Shown piece by piece: positions 28,679 through 43,452 of a DNA stretch of 64,000 bases. Each line of letters opens with the position of its first letter. The first letter of the stretch is position 1. This stretch comes from Octopus sinensis. Taxonomy: Eukaryota. The notes beneath the pieces were generated by a model. The model made no database searches. It saw nothing but the letters and a program-made list of their open reading frames with translations, and was not told where the DNA came from. The position numbers and the translations under genes were made by a program. The stretch spans positions 124,248,001-124,312,000 of the forward strand of contig NC_042998.1 in the NCBI RefSeq assembly GCF_006345805.1, in the 5' to 3' direction.

Positions 28679-29718
28679 TGATAGCGTCCCTAAGCAAATT
28701 TGTACTTTTGTTTTACGGAAATGAAATAAAGAAATGCAGTTAATTCAGAAATTAAGCAAAAGTGGTTTTGAAAAACTGTACACTCTATGAGACGACATTT
28801 ATGAGCTTTTCTTTTGTTGTAAACATTGTATTATCTTTATCTTGGGTGACAAAAGACGAAAGTAGAGTTATGTATGTTAATAGTATCACATTGGGTATTT
28901 TACAGAGCTATTATATGGAGTCTGGTTAATCTTGGATCATACTAGAAGTACATTGATGTAAAGTAAATGAATTCAGTTTTGATGTATATATAATTTGTTT
29001 ATTTTTATCTATTTTCTTTCGTTGAGCGTTTAATCTACTCGTGCTATAATTATCTGCTCTCGCTCAGCGTTATGTGGCATCACTAGGAATTAAATGTTGA
29101 CCAGTTTTTAGTTACAGTGACCTTAGAAAAATACAATAAATGAAAGAAATGACATAACAGTTAAGTAGATATAAAAAGTAAATATTGGCACTTTTAATGA
29201 GAAATACTGCGCACTTAGACTGTTCCAACTTTTACAGACTGGTTTTATATGAGAATAACTATGAAAATGTGTTGAACGGTTCCATTCAAAGTCAAAGGGT
29301 ATAAAAATGTTTACTATTTGAAATCATTCTTGTTTTTACAACTACTTTTATATTGGCATTTATAATCCGCAAATTATTTGTTTTGTTAAACATTAATTCA
29401 TATACCTAGGAAGAAAAGGAAATATTATGATGCAATGATTTTTCCAAAAATCTTAACTGTACAAAAGAGGTTATATATGTTCAACTTTGATCTCAGCTTG
29501 TCTCAGATTTTGAAATCCTTCATCTATATCTACGATAATCACGCTGCAAAAATAACCGACATATTGTTTAACTCGTATAGATACTGATGTAATGAGTGAC
29601 CGCCGAAAAACATTCAAAAGTAATCCAAAATTGTCTCATAGCGGAAATGGGAAAGTGAATTTCTCTGAACATTGAACACTTATGCTTAGGGGACAACACA
29701 CACACACACAGACACCAC

Positions 29719-29768
<50 letters not shown>

Positions 29769-29944
29769 CAATTTATAATATACTTATTATATAATAATAA
29801 ACAATTTATGATATATTTATATGATTAAAATAAAATTTTTATTTCTATTTATGATTTGGTTTATTCTATCATTTTTTGAATTGCATAATAATGTTTTTTC
29901 TTTTATTTATATAGATATATATATATATATCTATATATATATAT

Positions 29945-30018
<74 letters not shown>

Positions 30019-31444
30019 CATCATCAAAAGAATCAATCGTCCGGCGGACCCTTCAATGAGCAAACATACATTTTAGAAAATAGAAAAAATTTACAAGAAT
30101 TTTGGTCACTTCAATTCACATAATTATATTTTAGAAATGGCATTTGAAGAAAATAATATATTTAGATGGCCAAGTGTTTTGAATTTAGATAAGACCTATC
30201 GGTAACGATAGAGATATTCAATGCCATAGACAAAAATATTTGAATAATGGAAATTTTCCTCTTTGTTTGAAGAAGAAAACAGCAAAAATTACAAACATAT
30301 CGAAGAAAACTTTTGTTTAGTTTCATACATGTTCTCATTGCTTTATTCACTAGAAGTAATGTACTGTTTGTGGAGCGGTAAAATATCCGACATTGGTGGA
30401 GTGAGAAACCACATTAGTTATGGAATTGAAACACGCCATATTTTAACAGTAAATCTGCTCTGTTCTTATTCAGGGTCACTGAATCCATCAGTGCTTTGAT
30501 TAGAGTTAAATGAGAACAAATATTCATAGTCAGTGAGAGTAAATATATTTTAGAGAGTGAACCGAACAACAGTGTATAAAACTACATTAAGAGATGTTGT
30601 TAAAGCATTAGTAAAAACATTAACATTAGTTCCCAACGTTAAAATTGGAACCGATGTATTTTGCCTGATTCCGTTCATTATTCTGACTGAACAAAACAAG
30701 ATAAATGTCGAAAAATAGCTAGGAAACATTACAAAGTCTAGATACCTATTTGTGTAGAACAAACATGTTGTATAAACGAGATTGAACAAAGAAACAGATA
30801 GTGGAATCTGTAATTGAAAAAATATAAAGAATGATGAAGGGATCGGAATTTTGTGGATAAAGTAATTTATCTGCTAAATTGAAAGTCAGCTTTGAATACG
30901 AAGGTACAATAATAACCACAGTAGTAGGAAACCCAGCATTGTACAACAAAGCAAAGCAAATGAAGTACAATATCAGTTCCATTTACTAACTAATAAGAAA
31001 TAAAGAATCTAGAAGCAGATAGAGCTCTGAGCCAAGTAGTTGTCGACGATGAAATGTAACCTACAACGGAAAAGTTTAAATGAAATCTATTGTGGGATGC
31101 ATCGGTGAAAGTAACTTTTGTCAATAGAATTCTTATAATAAAGTTTTATTTATAAACAAGATGCTAAAAGCTGTAATACATACGCAGCAGTATTATATTG
31201 TATGAGTTTTTGCGGAAACAATTTAATACAGTGTGGGTCATTGTTTGAAAAAAGGAGAATTATTGTCAGATGTTAATCAGCTAAGGCATTTCAGAAAATG
31301 CATTAACTACAAAACGTTTTGTACTTCAGATAAAGCCCGGCTAAACTTTGTAAGTAAATTCAGAAAACAAGTAAGAAATATATAAAGAAATACTTATATT
31401 CCCGCATATATACATGCATACATGCATACAACAATGCATCCATG

Positions 31445-31485
<41 letters not shown>

Positions 31486-31524
31486 ATGCACACCATACAC
31501 ACACATATGCATTCACGCATACAT

Positions 31525-31583
<59 letters not shown>

Positions 31584-32575
31584 ATGTATTTATGTATATA
31601 TATACACACATCTACGCAGACATACACTGACATGCATAGATATATATATACATATATGAATGTTTTCCGAAATTTATTATTCGAACTTCCAATGGAGACA
31701 GAGCAAGTTTTTAGCCTAGAGACAAGGCTATGTCATTGAGATTCAGACGTCAACTGGGCATTTATGGATATATGTACATGTGTGCGTGCACACATGTATA
31801 AATGTGCACGTTTTATGCAACACATATACATGTGCAAGCGTACACAGGTGCTGGATGCCATTACACGTATAGATCTTATATGCTAAACTTCTGGAATGTT
31901 GCGCATTTTGCTTGTGCACCTGTAACTGTGACATGATGCATCTTCTTTCTGGTTTTTAAAATCCAACTTCTCATGACTGGTTCTGAAGCAGAAAATCATA
32001 TAACTTAGTGATCCAATAATTATTGGCAGAAATCTTAAAATATAATCTGGAATTGACTAATTCATGATGAACTCATGATATTCTTATATATATTATTTAC
32101 ATGGCTCACAATGAAGCAATCTCTGTGGTTTGTGTTTCTGATTTTCCCGCGAATCTATAGCAGGAACTTGCGATATACTTAACAGAAAGGTCAGTTGTTC
32201 TATTGAAAGTGAAAGCAACATTACATAGTGATTATAGTCTAGAAATATATGTCTGCTATATTGTATCATTTCAATGGCTATAGAAACAATTCCTGAATTT
32301 TTCACTGACACATTTTAGCTTCTCTATGAGGGTGAAAATATGTATTTAAATATTGTGTTTTCTATTTTAATGTCTTCAAATATTTTTTCTGTGTTTACTT
32401 TTCAGGCAATAAGTTGAACCTCCTAACTGATAATTCTCAGGAGATCAACGATTCTTCTCTTCTATTTTCCAAATTTTTAAAATCATTTTCTCTCTGAATA
32501 TGCATACATATATTAATAAATATATGAGTATGTGTATTAGGTACGTATACATATATTTATACATGCATATATATA

Positions 32576-32637
<62 letters not shown>

Positions 32638-32691
32638 TACATACTACATACATACATACATACATACATACAACATACATAATACATATAT

Positions 32692-32757
32692 GGCGGTGCC
32701 CCAGCATAGCCACAGCTCGTGAGCTGAAACTAGATATATTAATAAATAAATAAATAA

Positions 32758-32759
<2 letters not shown>
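32692..32759 (+). mobile_element. Ultra-short 3' stub of the CR1 LINE with (AAAT)n tail
   Basis: GGCGGTGCCCCAGCATAGCCACAGCTCGTGAGCTGAAACTAG matches the LINE tail at 24814-24854. Confidence 0.85.
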
Positions 32760-32802
<43 letters not shown>

Positions 32803-32834
32803 TACATACATATATATATATAATATATATATAT

Positions 32835-32868
<34 letters not shown>

Positions 32869-33391
32869 AAATATATGCGTGTTGGAATCACACATACATA
32901 ATTGTCAAATACAGACTGTACAACAGAAACACATTCCTAATTTTCATCTAATACATTTTCACCTTGTCAGATGTGTATGAGGATTCAGCACTGTCTTGTA
33001 GCCGCGCCTAAATAATGAATAAAGGGCCTGTGATGATGACCTCAATGAAAATGTTAAAACTCTTGTGCTATACTTGATCTCATACTTGTTTACTTTTGTT
33101 TGAAATCTGCCTTGAATGACCAAATTTGTTGTCGAATATTTTACAGTACACGTCATGTTATCGTTTGCAAGCTATGCTAAATATAACATAATTTAGCTAT
33201 GCTAAATGTAACATAATATAATGTTAGAATCTCGTTTTTTCTTCTCTGGAAAGTAGTGTGTGATATTAAGGGGTTCGAATTTTCAGTTAGTTTACTAGGT
33301 ACAATTTTACCACTGTCTACATTTAAATAGGAAATATTTAAATAATTAAATATTTTGGTTGGATTACAATAGAGAAATTGTTTAGAATGTT

Positions 33392-33435
33392 CTACAACGT
33401 TTCGGCTGATATAACCTCCAGCCTTCTTCGGGTGT
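33392..33435 (-). ncRNA. Minimal hammerhead motif at the PLE 3' end
   Basis: ACAC-CCGAAGA-(A)GGCTG gaggttatat CAGCC-GAAA-CG-TT-GTAG; perfect stem II, U4C core variant, partly decayed stem I. Confidence 0.7.
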
Positions 33436-33496
33436 CCTAAGGTATTTTATGTTGTTGTTGTTGTTGTTATTATTATTGTTATTATTATTATTATTC

Positions 33497-33570
33497 AGGT
33501 CACTTCTTGGAATCGAACTCAGAATCTTGGGGTTAGTAGACTGCGCTCTTAACCACTACACCATATGCCC
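33497..33570 (-). promoter_or_regulatory. tRNA-like segment with Pol III A and B boxes
   Basis: A-box TGGTGTAGTGG (33553-33563), B-box GAGTTCGATTCC (33509-33520); no complete acceptor stem. Confidence 0.75.
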
Positions 33571-34450
33571 GTGGGCAATTATGGAATGAATTTTAAATCT
33601 AATATTTTTTCTATCTTTCTTTAATACCGGTTCCCATATGCTACTCATATCTGCACTCAGTCTGCTTAGGAGGTTGTTGTGGCCTAGCGTTTGTGCTGCT
33701 TCTTTTAGTTTTCGTATTTTCCAGTGGTGTTCTCTGTCTATTATTTTAACTCCATCCCACAAGGGTAGGTGGTCCCCATTTTTCCATACATGATCAGCGA
33801 TACCCGATTTATCAATATCTCATCGTGTCACAGCTTTGCGATGTTCGTCTACTTTTATTTTGAGGGGCGGCATGTTTCGCCTTTGTATAACCTACCACAG
33901 CTGCATGAGATGGAGTACACGTAGTCTTTGGTCATATTCACTTTTATTGGTGGTTTTACTTGAAGGAGATATTTGCGAAGTGCTGTATTACTCTTGAATA
34001 CTGTCCTGATGTCATATGGGCCGCATATCTATTCGGAGAGGCCTTTCACATAGAGTAAACAGACTATGGACAGTTTATTGGCCTCATCCTCTCTCTTCTT
34101 CATAATAGGAGCGGGTAGTATAATCTTGGGGTAGTTGTTGCTTAACAGATCGTTATTGAGCTTCATCATTTCTTCGTGGTGTGCATCACGATCGCTACTT
34201 ATATTCTTTGCACGATGTTTTAGGCACTGAGCAATCCCTTTCTTTACACTGTATGGATGGTGGGAACTGAAGTTGAGGTATCGTCCAGTAAAGGCCAGCT
34301 TGCGGTATACGGATGTCCTGAATCCATACTTGATTCGTATTATTAATACGTAATTCTTCATCTCTTAAATATAGAACTATATATGATCTTGTTAAGGTAC
34401 TGCGCAAATATATTTTTAAAAAATGAACGAAAGATCTTTCTCTCTCTCCT

Positions 34451-34590
34451 TCCACTCTCCTCTCTCCCCCACTCTCCTCTCCCTCCACTCTCCTCTCTCC
34501 CTCCACTCTCCTCTCTCCCTCCACTCTCCTCTCTCCCTCCACTCTCCTCTCTCCCTCCACTCTCCTCTCTCCCTCCACTCTCCTCTCTCT
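34451..34590. repeat. 18-bp pyrimidine-rich minisatellite (CCACTCTCCTCTCTCCCT)n
   Basis: About 7-8 units; source of the EGERRV ORF. Confidence 0.95.
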
Positions 34591-34597
34591 CTCTCTC

Positions 34598-34632
<35 letters not shown>

Positions 34633-34633
<1 letters not shown>

Positions 34634-34850
34634 TATTTATATAAACCACATGTGGACAGTTGTCGATTTTTTCCTCCGCCTTAATTTTGTCCTGGACATT
34701 CCTCTGTCTCCTGTTTCTGCGGAAGAATTTTGTCCGAAACGTAAAACACCTTTTATTTCCTTCTCTGGGCGTCCTTTTAATATTATGTATATGCCACGTC
34801 CTCGCGTTGTTTTTTCTTGTTAATTCTCCCGTTTTTCTAATTAACTAATT
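34633..34850 (+). mobile_element. PLE terminal-repeat-like fragment with a degenerate HHR-like motif
   Basis: GTTT-CTGCGGAAGA..GAAA-CG-TA-AAAC at 34713-34748; flanked by (TA)n. Confidence 0.45.
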
Positions 34851-34873
34851 ATATACATATTATATAATATATA

Positions 34874-34915
<42 letters not shown>

Positions 34916-34965
34916 TATATATATATATATATATATTGTATATATATATATTATATATATGCATG

Positions 34966-34999
<34 letters not shown>

Positions 35000-35568
35000 G
35001 TACATATATAATTAAGGTACTGCATATATATATGCACCAATATATCTCCCAATACATATGTATAGCTATCTCGTTATTTATGCTTGCGTGTGTATGTGTG
35101 TGTGCAAGAATGTGAGTGAGTACCTGTATGAATGTGTTTGGGTATGTATGTGAATCTATGTTGTGTGTGTGTGGTGATTTCGACGATGAGTATTGCTTCG
35201 GTCGATAAAATGAATTGAATAGACATTGAATTCCACTTGGGCATTTTACAGACATGAGTATTCAAAATGCAATTTTCAGACAAATCTAGTGTCACGCAAA
35301 GAGTTGGTGTGCAGTGCATGTGAACTACTACAAGTGTAGTCTACCGGAAGAACTTCTATACAATTTCAATCGAGCCAGTTTCACTCAGAATGACTTAGGT
35401 ACAAGAAACTAGATTTGTACACCAGAAGCAGACTATTTAATCGTTAAAACATACTGTACCTGTATGTGTGTGCGTTTGTTTGATTTGTCTGTACATGTTC
35501 CCGCATGCGAGCCTCTCTTCACAATTGCCTTTCATATGTATCTATATGTACTGTAATATTCATAAATA

Positions 35569-35783
35569 CGAAGGTGTGCTGAAAAGTTCCTGGCTTTAAG
35601 GGTATCGCGAAAGACCCTGGTTAGAGGTCCAACATTCCAAGTTCTTTTACGGGGTTTAGGAAAACAGTGACTGCTGCAATAAAAGTGTGAATCTTAGAGG
35701 GAATATGTGGAATAAAATAATAAGTAACTGATCCGCTTGTATTTTCCTTTACCCAAAGCCAGGCACTTTCTAGCACACCATCG
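35569..35783 (+). mobile_element. Mariner-derived MITE with TIRs and TA TSD
   Basis: TA|CGAAGGTGTGCTGAAAAGTTCCTGGCTTT ... AAAGCCAGGCACTTTCTAGCACACCATCG|TA; retains a degenerate transposase C-terminal end. Confidence 0.9.
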
Positions 35784-35850
35784 TACATGCTAACTATATT
35801 AAAACATTTTTATTCATATACACATAAAGCTAGCTAGCTAGATAGAAAAT

Positions 35851-35948
<98 letters not shown>

Positions 35949-35978
35949 TATAGATAAATATATAGATGGATAGATAGA
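35851..35978. repeat. (GATA)n microsatellite
   Basis: Directly visible; another at 58218-58320. Confidence 0.97.
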
Positions 35979-36205
35979 CAACTGTAGTTGTGTATATATT
36001 GATACAGATAAATATAACCTTAGACAGTTCGAGAAATAGTAAAAAGAAAGAGACAGAGACCTATATCTGCAGAGCTTTATGAATATATGCATTTAAATAA
36101 TATATTTGTCTTTCAATACTTAACTATACAAACAGAAACAACAACAACACAGGTATATATGTTTGTATGTATATGCATATGTACGTGAGGATCTATGCAT
36201 GCATG

Positions 36206-36278
<73 letters not shown>

Positions 36279-39200
36279 ATATATATATGCGGGTGGGGGA
36301 AATAATGTGCGATTGTGGGAATGTGTATATATAAGTATTAAGGTAATGAAAACCAAATAAATACTATATGTATGTGTGCATTATATATATGTAATTGTGT
36401 ATGCATGTATATATATATATACATAAACACACATATTTGTATATATATATATTTATATAAAATACATTATGTATATGTACGTAAATCCGCATACATAAAT
36501 ATATTATACATACAACTGTATATATATGTATATGTTTACACACACACACACACACATATATATGTATACATATATATGGATATTTTATCTGTATGTGTGT
36601 CTGTGTGACTATGTGTAGGTATGCATGCATGTATGTATGTAAGTATGTATGTGTGTATGTATATGTATGTAGGTAGGTTTATATGTATGGATGTATGTAT
36701 GTATCAAATGAATGACCTTCTGCTTGGAAATTGACAGAAACTGTCTTTGATGCATGTCTGATTGCTACACATCTATTTTCTTTTGGCAAATTATTGCAGC
36801 ACATCTCTCCATTTAGCCGCCATCTCATTCTATCCCTTTGCCCTTTCATCTTTTTGAGGAATGTTTTGCTTCTTAGTTCACACGCACATACACTTACACA
36901 TACAGACACACAGACTGATGCTAATATGTGTCTGTGTATATATTTACATATAATTGCATGCATATATACACACGTAATATATATACATATGTGTGTGTTA
37001 TGCATATATGTATATATATATATATATATATACATACATACACATATACATATATATACACTATATACATATATATGCATATAAATACATGCATATATAT
37101 ATATACATATATATATATATTTATATATATATATATGTATGTATGATCGAACACTATTTCTGTGGTTTGTTTACTTCATGTACATTCTACATGAGAGGGC
37201 GTCACTTTCTATTGTTGCCTGACATTTAAATCATTGCTTTAGCAGCTAGAATGTTTCTTTCTAAAAGAGATGCCTCTATTGGTAGTTAGGCTGCTAATGT
37301 TTGCTAACTTATTTTGTTGTACACTTTATATTGTTGCTCTGTATAGTGCAGTCCGCTATAAAACTATATTCTGCACCATAAAGTTATCCACTAAAAGTAG
37401 CCTACGGTGATTACAAAATAAAAGCTATTTATAAGGAAAAACCTACTCAACAACTATGCAAGAGGAAAAAATACAGAAGGAAAACTATAAGTGAAAAATG
37501 AGATAGGAACGAATAAAAAGCATAGGAAATGTTTATAACAGCATTACTCCATATAGATTTTGCCTGAAACAGAATAGTTTCTCTATTAGGGTTCACTATA
37601 TCATCGTTTGTGATTGTCTCGATCATAAGATCCGCATTTTGTTGCTAAGCTACGTTCGATGTTTTCTTTGTATTTTTTTTATATAAATACATATAGAAAG
37701 AAATACAATTGTAATTTTCCGTCTGTGTTTTATTTTATTTTGAAAGAGAGTATTAATAACATAGTTAAATGCTCACCTAATGTTATTGTTGTTTTTTTTT
37801 TCATCAAATATACCTTCTTCGTCATGTCTTGTATAAAACAATAAGATGATGAGAATTTTGTTTTTATTCCGTTAACTTGCTTTTGTCAATTTTCTAACTA
37901 TGCTAAGACAAAACCATAAACAATAATAATAAATAAAATTATTATATAGCTGCTGTGAAAACAGATTAAGCACATATAATTCCTCTATTTAACTTAGAGC
38001 GTAAGGAACATTGTTATAAAAACGATAAAATTATGTGAAAGATTATGGCAGTATAAGGTAAGTAATACAAGCGGTTGTATGCTAAGTTATGCATTTATGT
38101 GTTATGAAATATAATTTTTTTCTGGATTAATCACAAATCGATTTCCTATATAACTATCAAGCCTTGCACCTATAAATGAGAGGAATTAAGACCATAGCGT
38201 TTCTGCCTCTTTCAGCGAAACATGGGGAAACGATGCCCAACGTATTTTGCCTTTTATTAAATGCATTCATGGTGATGTGCAGATATTCTTGGTCTACCGG
38301 AAATATTTAAAAAAAAACAATTTACTAAACGAACGGAATACGCAGTATATATATATATATATATATATACTGTCTACTAGAAGCCTACAAAAGAAATCAA
38401 AATGAGTTCAATTATCTCCAGTTCATGTGTCTAGAAAATATAATAAATATTATTAATGATTAGTTTTCTTATACTGCTTGTTTATATGAATATGGATTTC
38501 AAATTTTCATGTGATTTCCTAGAATGTTCTACACTGATATAGTTTTGCCTACTAATGACGAAAATCACATTTATTTCTCCTAGAAATTATTAATGAAATG
38601 ATACGAGCTGTTAGATTTTTGTAATTTTAGGCAATCAGACGTGCATCGAAGACAGTTTCTGTCAATTTCCAAGTGGAAAGTTATTCATTGGGAACATTCA
38701 TACGTACATACAAACATACATACATACATGCATACATGCATGCATGCATACATACATACATACATACATACATACATACATACATACATACATACATACA
38801 TACATACATACATTGACGACATGATGAAAATCGAAATTATTTATTGCCAGCGAACAGCAAACACACACAAGGATAAAACACCGAAGAAAATACATTTTAT
38901 GTGGTTTCTGATCCTACTAGAAATAGCAACCAATTCTTCTTTAAACAACAACATACTGTTTAATTCCGCTATAACTTCTATAATTCAAAGAGGCCGACGC
39001 AGTATATAACGTAGTTTGTGATGTCCCGTTTCTGAAATTACAACGGAAATTATAGAATTATTATCATTATTTTATTTTTTTATTTCTAATTTTCTTACAT
39101 TTATAATTAGAACATTGCACATCTAAATTCCAAGTGACTCTATGTTTATTAAATGCAATCATACTGTGTAACTATATATACAAAATATACGTATTTCGGC

Positions 39201-39369
39201 AGAGGTACCATTAATACAAATAAATAATAAACACGAACTCTACGTATTTCAGGATAGAATTTGTAATATTCAATATTATAAATGTGTATATGCGTCTTTA
39301 TGTTTACATCGGTGTAAACATAAATACACTGTATATAACCGTACACCTACACGTATTACATGTCATATG

Positions 39370-39720
39370 GGTTGGGGGTCTTCACAGCCAACATATGACA
39401 ACTTACAGCTCAAACGTATTCCACAAAAGACAGACATATACACACAAACACACATACACACATATTCACAAACGCATACACTCACACACAGGGAATCAAC
39501 ATACTTTGAAATCTTACTGATCTTGACCTCAAATTCCACAGCCGGCAGTCACTGTTTTACATCGTCAATAGCTCCACTACTCCGTCCATCACTTTTGAAG
39601 CTTCTGCCCTGCTTTAAATTCTATAGATAATCGTTACTATTTGATCTTAATGCCAAAAAAATATACTTCAATACTGTTTTTGATTATTTCTTAAATATTC
39701 CTCTAAAGAATCACTTTCTA
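39370..39720 (-). mobile_element. Degenerate repeat, possibly a PLE 3' end; homologous to 42195-42325
   Basis: Both share AACTTACAGCTCAAAC..TTCCACAA..GACAGACA and TTACTGATCTTGAC. Confidence 0.5.
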
Positions 39721-40049
39721 TCATTAGTTATAACTTACTCCCAAGCACACACGAAAACATGAAAACACGTCACCACCAGCACTCACCCACACATACAACA
39801 GACGCACACTTTCACCAACTTTTATTGGAACTCATTTTAAAATTAAATTCCACTGAACTTGACCTTTTCACAAGCAACTATCAACGTATTGCCCCAATTC
39901 CAAATATATTTCACTTTCGTATTCTCTTCAATATTTTGTCGATTAAAATTCTTTTTTGTTTTCATTTGATGTAGAAGGAAGTCATTTAGGTGTTGCTTCC
40001 AATTCAGCTTCCATCATCCCCCACATTGAATACACAAATATTCAAACGC

Positions 40050-40930
40050 AACATATACAAAGTCCCTCAGGGAACAGCACTGGAATCACTGCTTTTTTGG
40101 TGGCTCTCTCGGAAATACCCTTAGCCATACAATTGACTACTCTCACCAACTATGCTAAGGATATAAAGATATAATGAGGCGGTCAAGGACCCTAATGACA
40201 TACTAAAACTGCAAAAGGAGCTGAATACAATATACAAATGGGCTGATGAAAATATCGTGTATTTCAATGCTGAGAAATTTTAAGCACTCCACTATCAGCC
40301 CCCAAGTAGACTACAGGGCCAGGTGTTAATGGAACCCTAGAATAAGAATTGCTGTGTGAACTGAGAATCCACATGTATAAGGGTAGAAACACTGTGCTGG
40401 TAAGCAGGTGAATGGGTCCTTAGATCACTGAGAACCAGAACAAAGGATACCTAGCTACCCTATGGAGAATTTTCATGGTATGCACGACTGCTTCCAACTC
40501 AGAACGTCAAATTGATGACGCAATTTGAGGCAATCTAGTGTCCCTACACAAAGAAGATTGACTCAGTGCAACAGATTAACTCCAGGGAAGGCTAAAGAAA
40601 CTGAAGCTCTACTCCCTTGAGAGAAGGCGTGAAAGATATGCAGATGGAAGATCTAACCCCCAACTTTAGAATTTAAAACTATACCAACCACCGAACTGGA
40701 TTGTACTACATAGTACCAAAGATCTTGTTCTCTCTATCTAGAATATGGACCTATTGCTATGACAGTTTGCATTTCAAGAGACTACAACTATTCAACATTC
40801 GACCGAACAGTCTCAGAGATTTGCGACGTGTGGATGTGAAGTGTCAATAAGTGTCTGGACACTGTTTTTTTTATCTGAGATGCGAGAGGAATACGCATTG
40901 CAGCATGATGCAGAAATAAGCACAATTTCA
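40050..40930 (+). mobile_element. Older degenerate copy of the CR1-like LINE
   Basis: VPQGTAL..LL, YAKDIK, LQKELNTIYKWADEN..FNAEKF*ALHY, KLYSLERRRERYA, collinear with 24874-25923. Confidence 0.85.
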
Positions 40931-41171
40931 TCTAACCGGAAACTCTACAGAAAAGAAACCCAATCACACTGAAAGGTGATGATCCAGAACAACTTCAGCC
41001 ATGGCTGAAACCGGTAAAAGATAGAAGGTATATGTATGTATGTATACATATATAAGGAAATGCGTCGAAAGGATAACCCCAAGGACAAAGAAATAAGAAC
41101 CCACAGCATGGTAGAAGCCATAGCCACTCGTAATAAGAAAGGAGTACTGGTGGAATGCCCCAATGAAAACC

Positions 41172-41345
41172 TATGTATGTATATATGTATGTATGTAGGT
41201 AGATAGGTAGGTATGTAGGTATGTAGGTATGTATGTATGTATGTATGTATGTATGTATGTAGGTAGGTAGGTAGGTAGGTAGGTAGGTAGGTAGGTAGGT
41301 AGGTAGGTAGGTAGGTAGGTAGGTAGGTAGGTAGGTAGGTAGGTG
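41172..41345. repeat. (TATG)n/(TAGG)n microsatellite
   Basis: Directly visible. Confidence 0.97.
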
Positions 41346-42644
41346 GCTAGGTAGCTGTGTTTATATATATGTGTGTATGTATGTATATTTGTAGGTATGT
41401 ATACAAACAGTTTGACAAAGTGCCGTGTCATTTGAAAGTCGGAAGGCATAAATTAGTATTGATAAACACGTTGCTTTACATCAACAAATCTAATACATGA
41501 CTTACCTTGTTAAAAAATGAAATTTGATTTCCACGATAAGCTTTTTCATTCGTTTTGAATTTATATGGATACATATGTACACGCACATACATGTATAAAT
41601 AGACATTTACGCATACTAACTAGCACACACACACACGTACAGACGCTCACACACAGATGTATATAATATCCGTGTATAATATTTATGTATATATATATTA
41701 TTCTATTTTACGTTTATGAATATGTGTTGCAGGATTCTTTATGTGAAACCGTGTGTTGAGAGAGATAATGCTTAATGTATTTCTACAACAGAAAAGGGTT
41801 ATTCTTCTGAGCACTTGTCAGAGACATATCTCTTAGGAAATTGATCCGTAACCATACATTTTAAATAAACTTTAAAATCAATAATCTCTTTACAACGCTT
41901 GTCTTTTATGGCGCTTCATTTCTATCTATAATTGATTTCTACTTTTCGGGCGTTTCCGTTGCTAATCATAATAATCATCCTGTTACAATCTAATGTCTCC
42001 GGTCGGTTAATTATTTCATTGGAAACTTTTCAAGCACTTTTTTCCAATATCATTGACAACGAAATTTTTATTGGCATTCGGTTGCCAGCGCATAAGAGCT
42101 ACTGACAAAACGCAGCAAAACGAGAAATGCACATCTAGCATTCCCTCCACCGCTACTGGACAATTTTCGACAACGACAGGTATATATAGTTGTGTCATTT
42201 AACTTACAGCTCAAACAGTTTCCACAAGACAGACACTCACACATACACATTCACAAATGCATATACTCACACATACACATAATCAAAAACCTTTCAAAAC
42301 TTACTGATCTTGACTCAAAGTCCTTAAAAGATATTACATCGGGGCCAACACCCAGTTAATTTGGCTTTCCCGGGTGTATTTCATTAAATATAGCACATAC
42401 ACTTCGAATTTAATCTAACACTGCATCTGTTGCACGTATCGAAGTAATAATGATGTTTCTTGATGTTTTTAACTACGACTGGTAAGGTACTTCATAGTCG
42501 AGTTATAGGTTTTCAGATGCTGCCATTTACGGAATATTTTGTCGTGGGTTAATCGATATATTGGATATACTTTTATTATTGAAGTCGAACCTATAATTCC
42601 ATAGTTTGGTACAAACACACACGTGCACACACAAACACACACAA

Positions 42645-43040
<396 letters not shown>

Positions 43041-43362
43041 GTAAGAGAATAAGTATGCAAGTATTAATCTTCAGTACCAGCACAACAGATTTATTATAAA
43101 GTCGATACCAGCGTGATTTTGACCGTAAAGACTATAGCTAACAAAATATCGGAAACTATCAACCTCGGGTTTCTTTATTTTATGCATCAACTCTAGCAGT
43201 GTAAGATTTCAAAATATTTGCACGTATCGTTGCAACGGCTACACGAATAATAATTTCATATTCACAACGCAATTTCTCATATATATGTGTGCGTGTATAC
43301 ATATGTATGTCTGTATGTCAGTGAGTATATGTATATATGTGTATGTGTGTGTATGTATGTAT

Positions 43363-43452
<90 letters not shown>

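Larger units (their letters stand above)
33390..34350 (-). mobile_element. PLE (Penelope/Poseidon-type) RT thumb, GIY-YIG and 3' terminal region
   Basis: VYRK..FTGRYLNFSSHHP..VKKG; VYSISCSCGRLYKGET; SGIADHVW..DH...WDGVKII..E....RKLKEA. Confidence 0.9.

Noticed and set aside
30746-30982. 78-aa minus ORF with a hydrophobic, signal-peptide-like start
   Set aside because: Frameshifts and stops follow; hydrophobicity is expected in T-rich DNA. It may belong to the CCP relic but is not an intact gene.
33497-33570. tRNA gene call here and at SINE heads
   Set aside because: A and B boxes are present but acceptor and anticodon stems are incomplete; these are tRNA-derived promoters.
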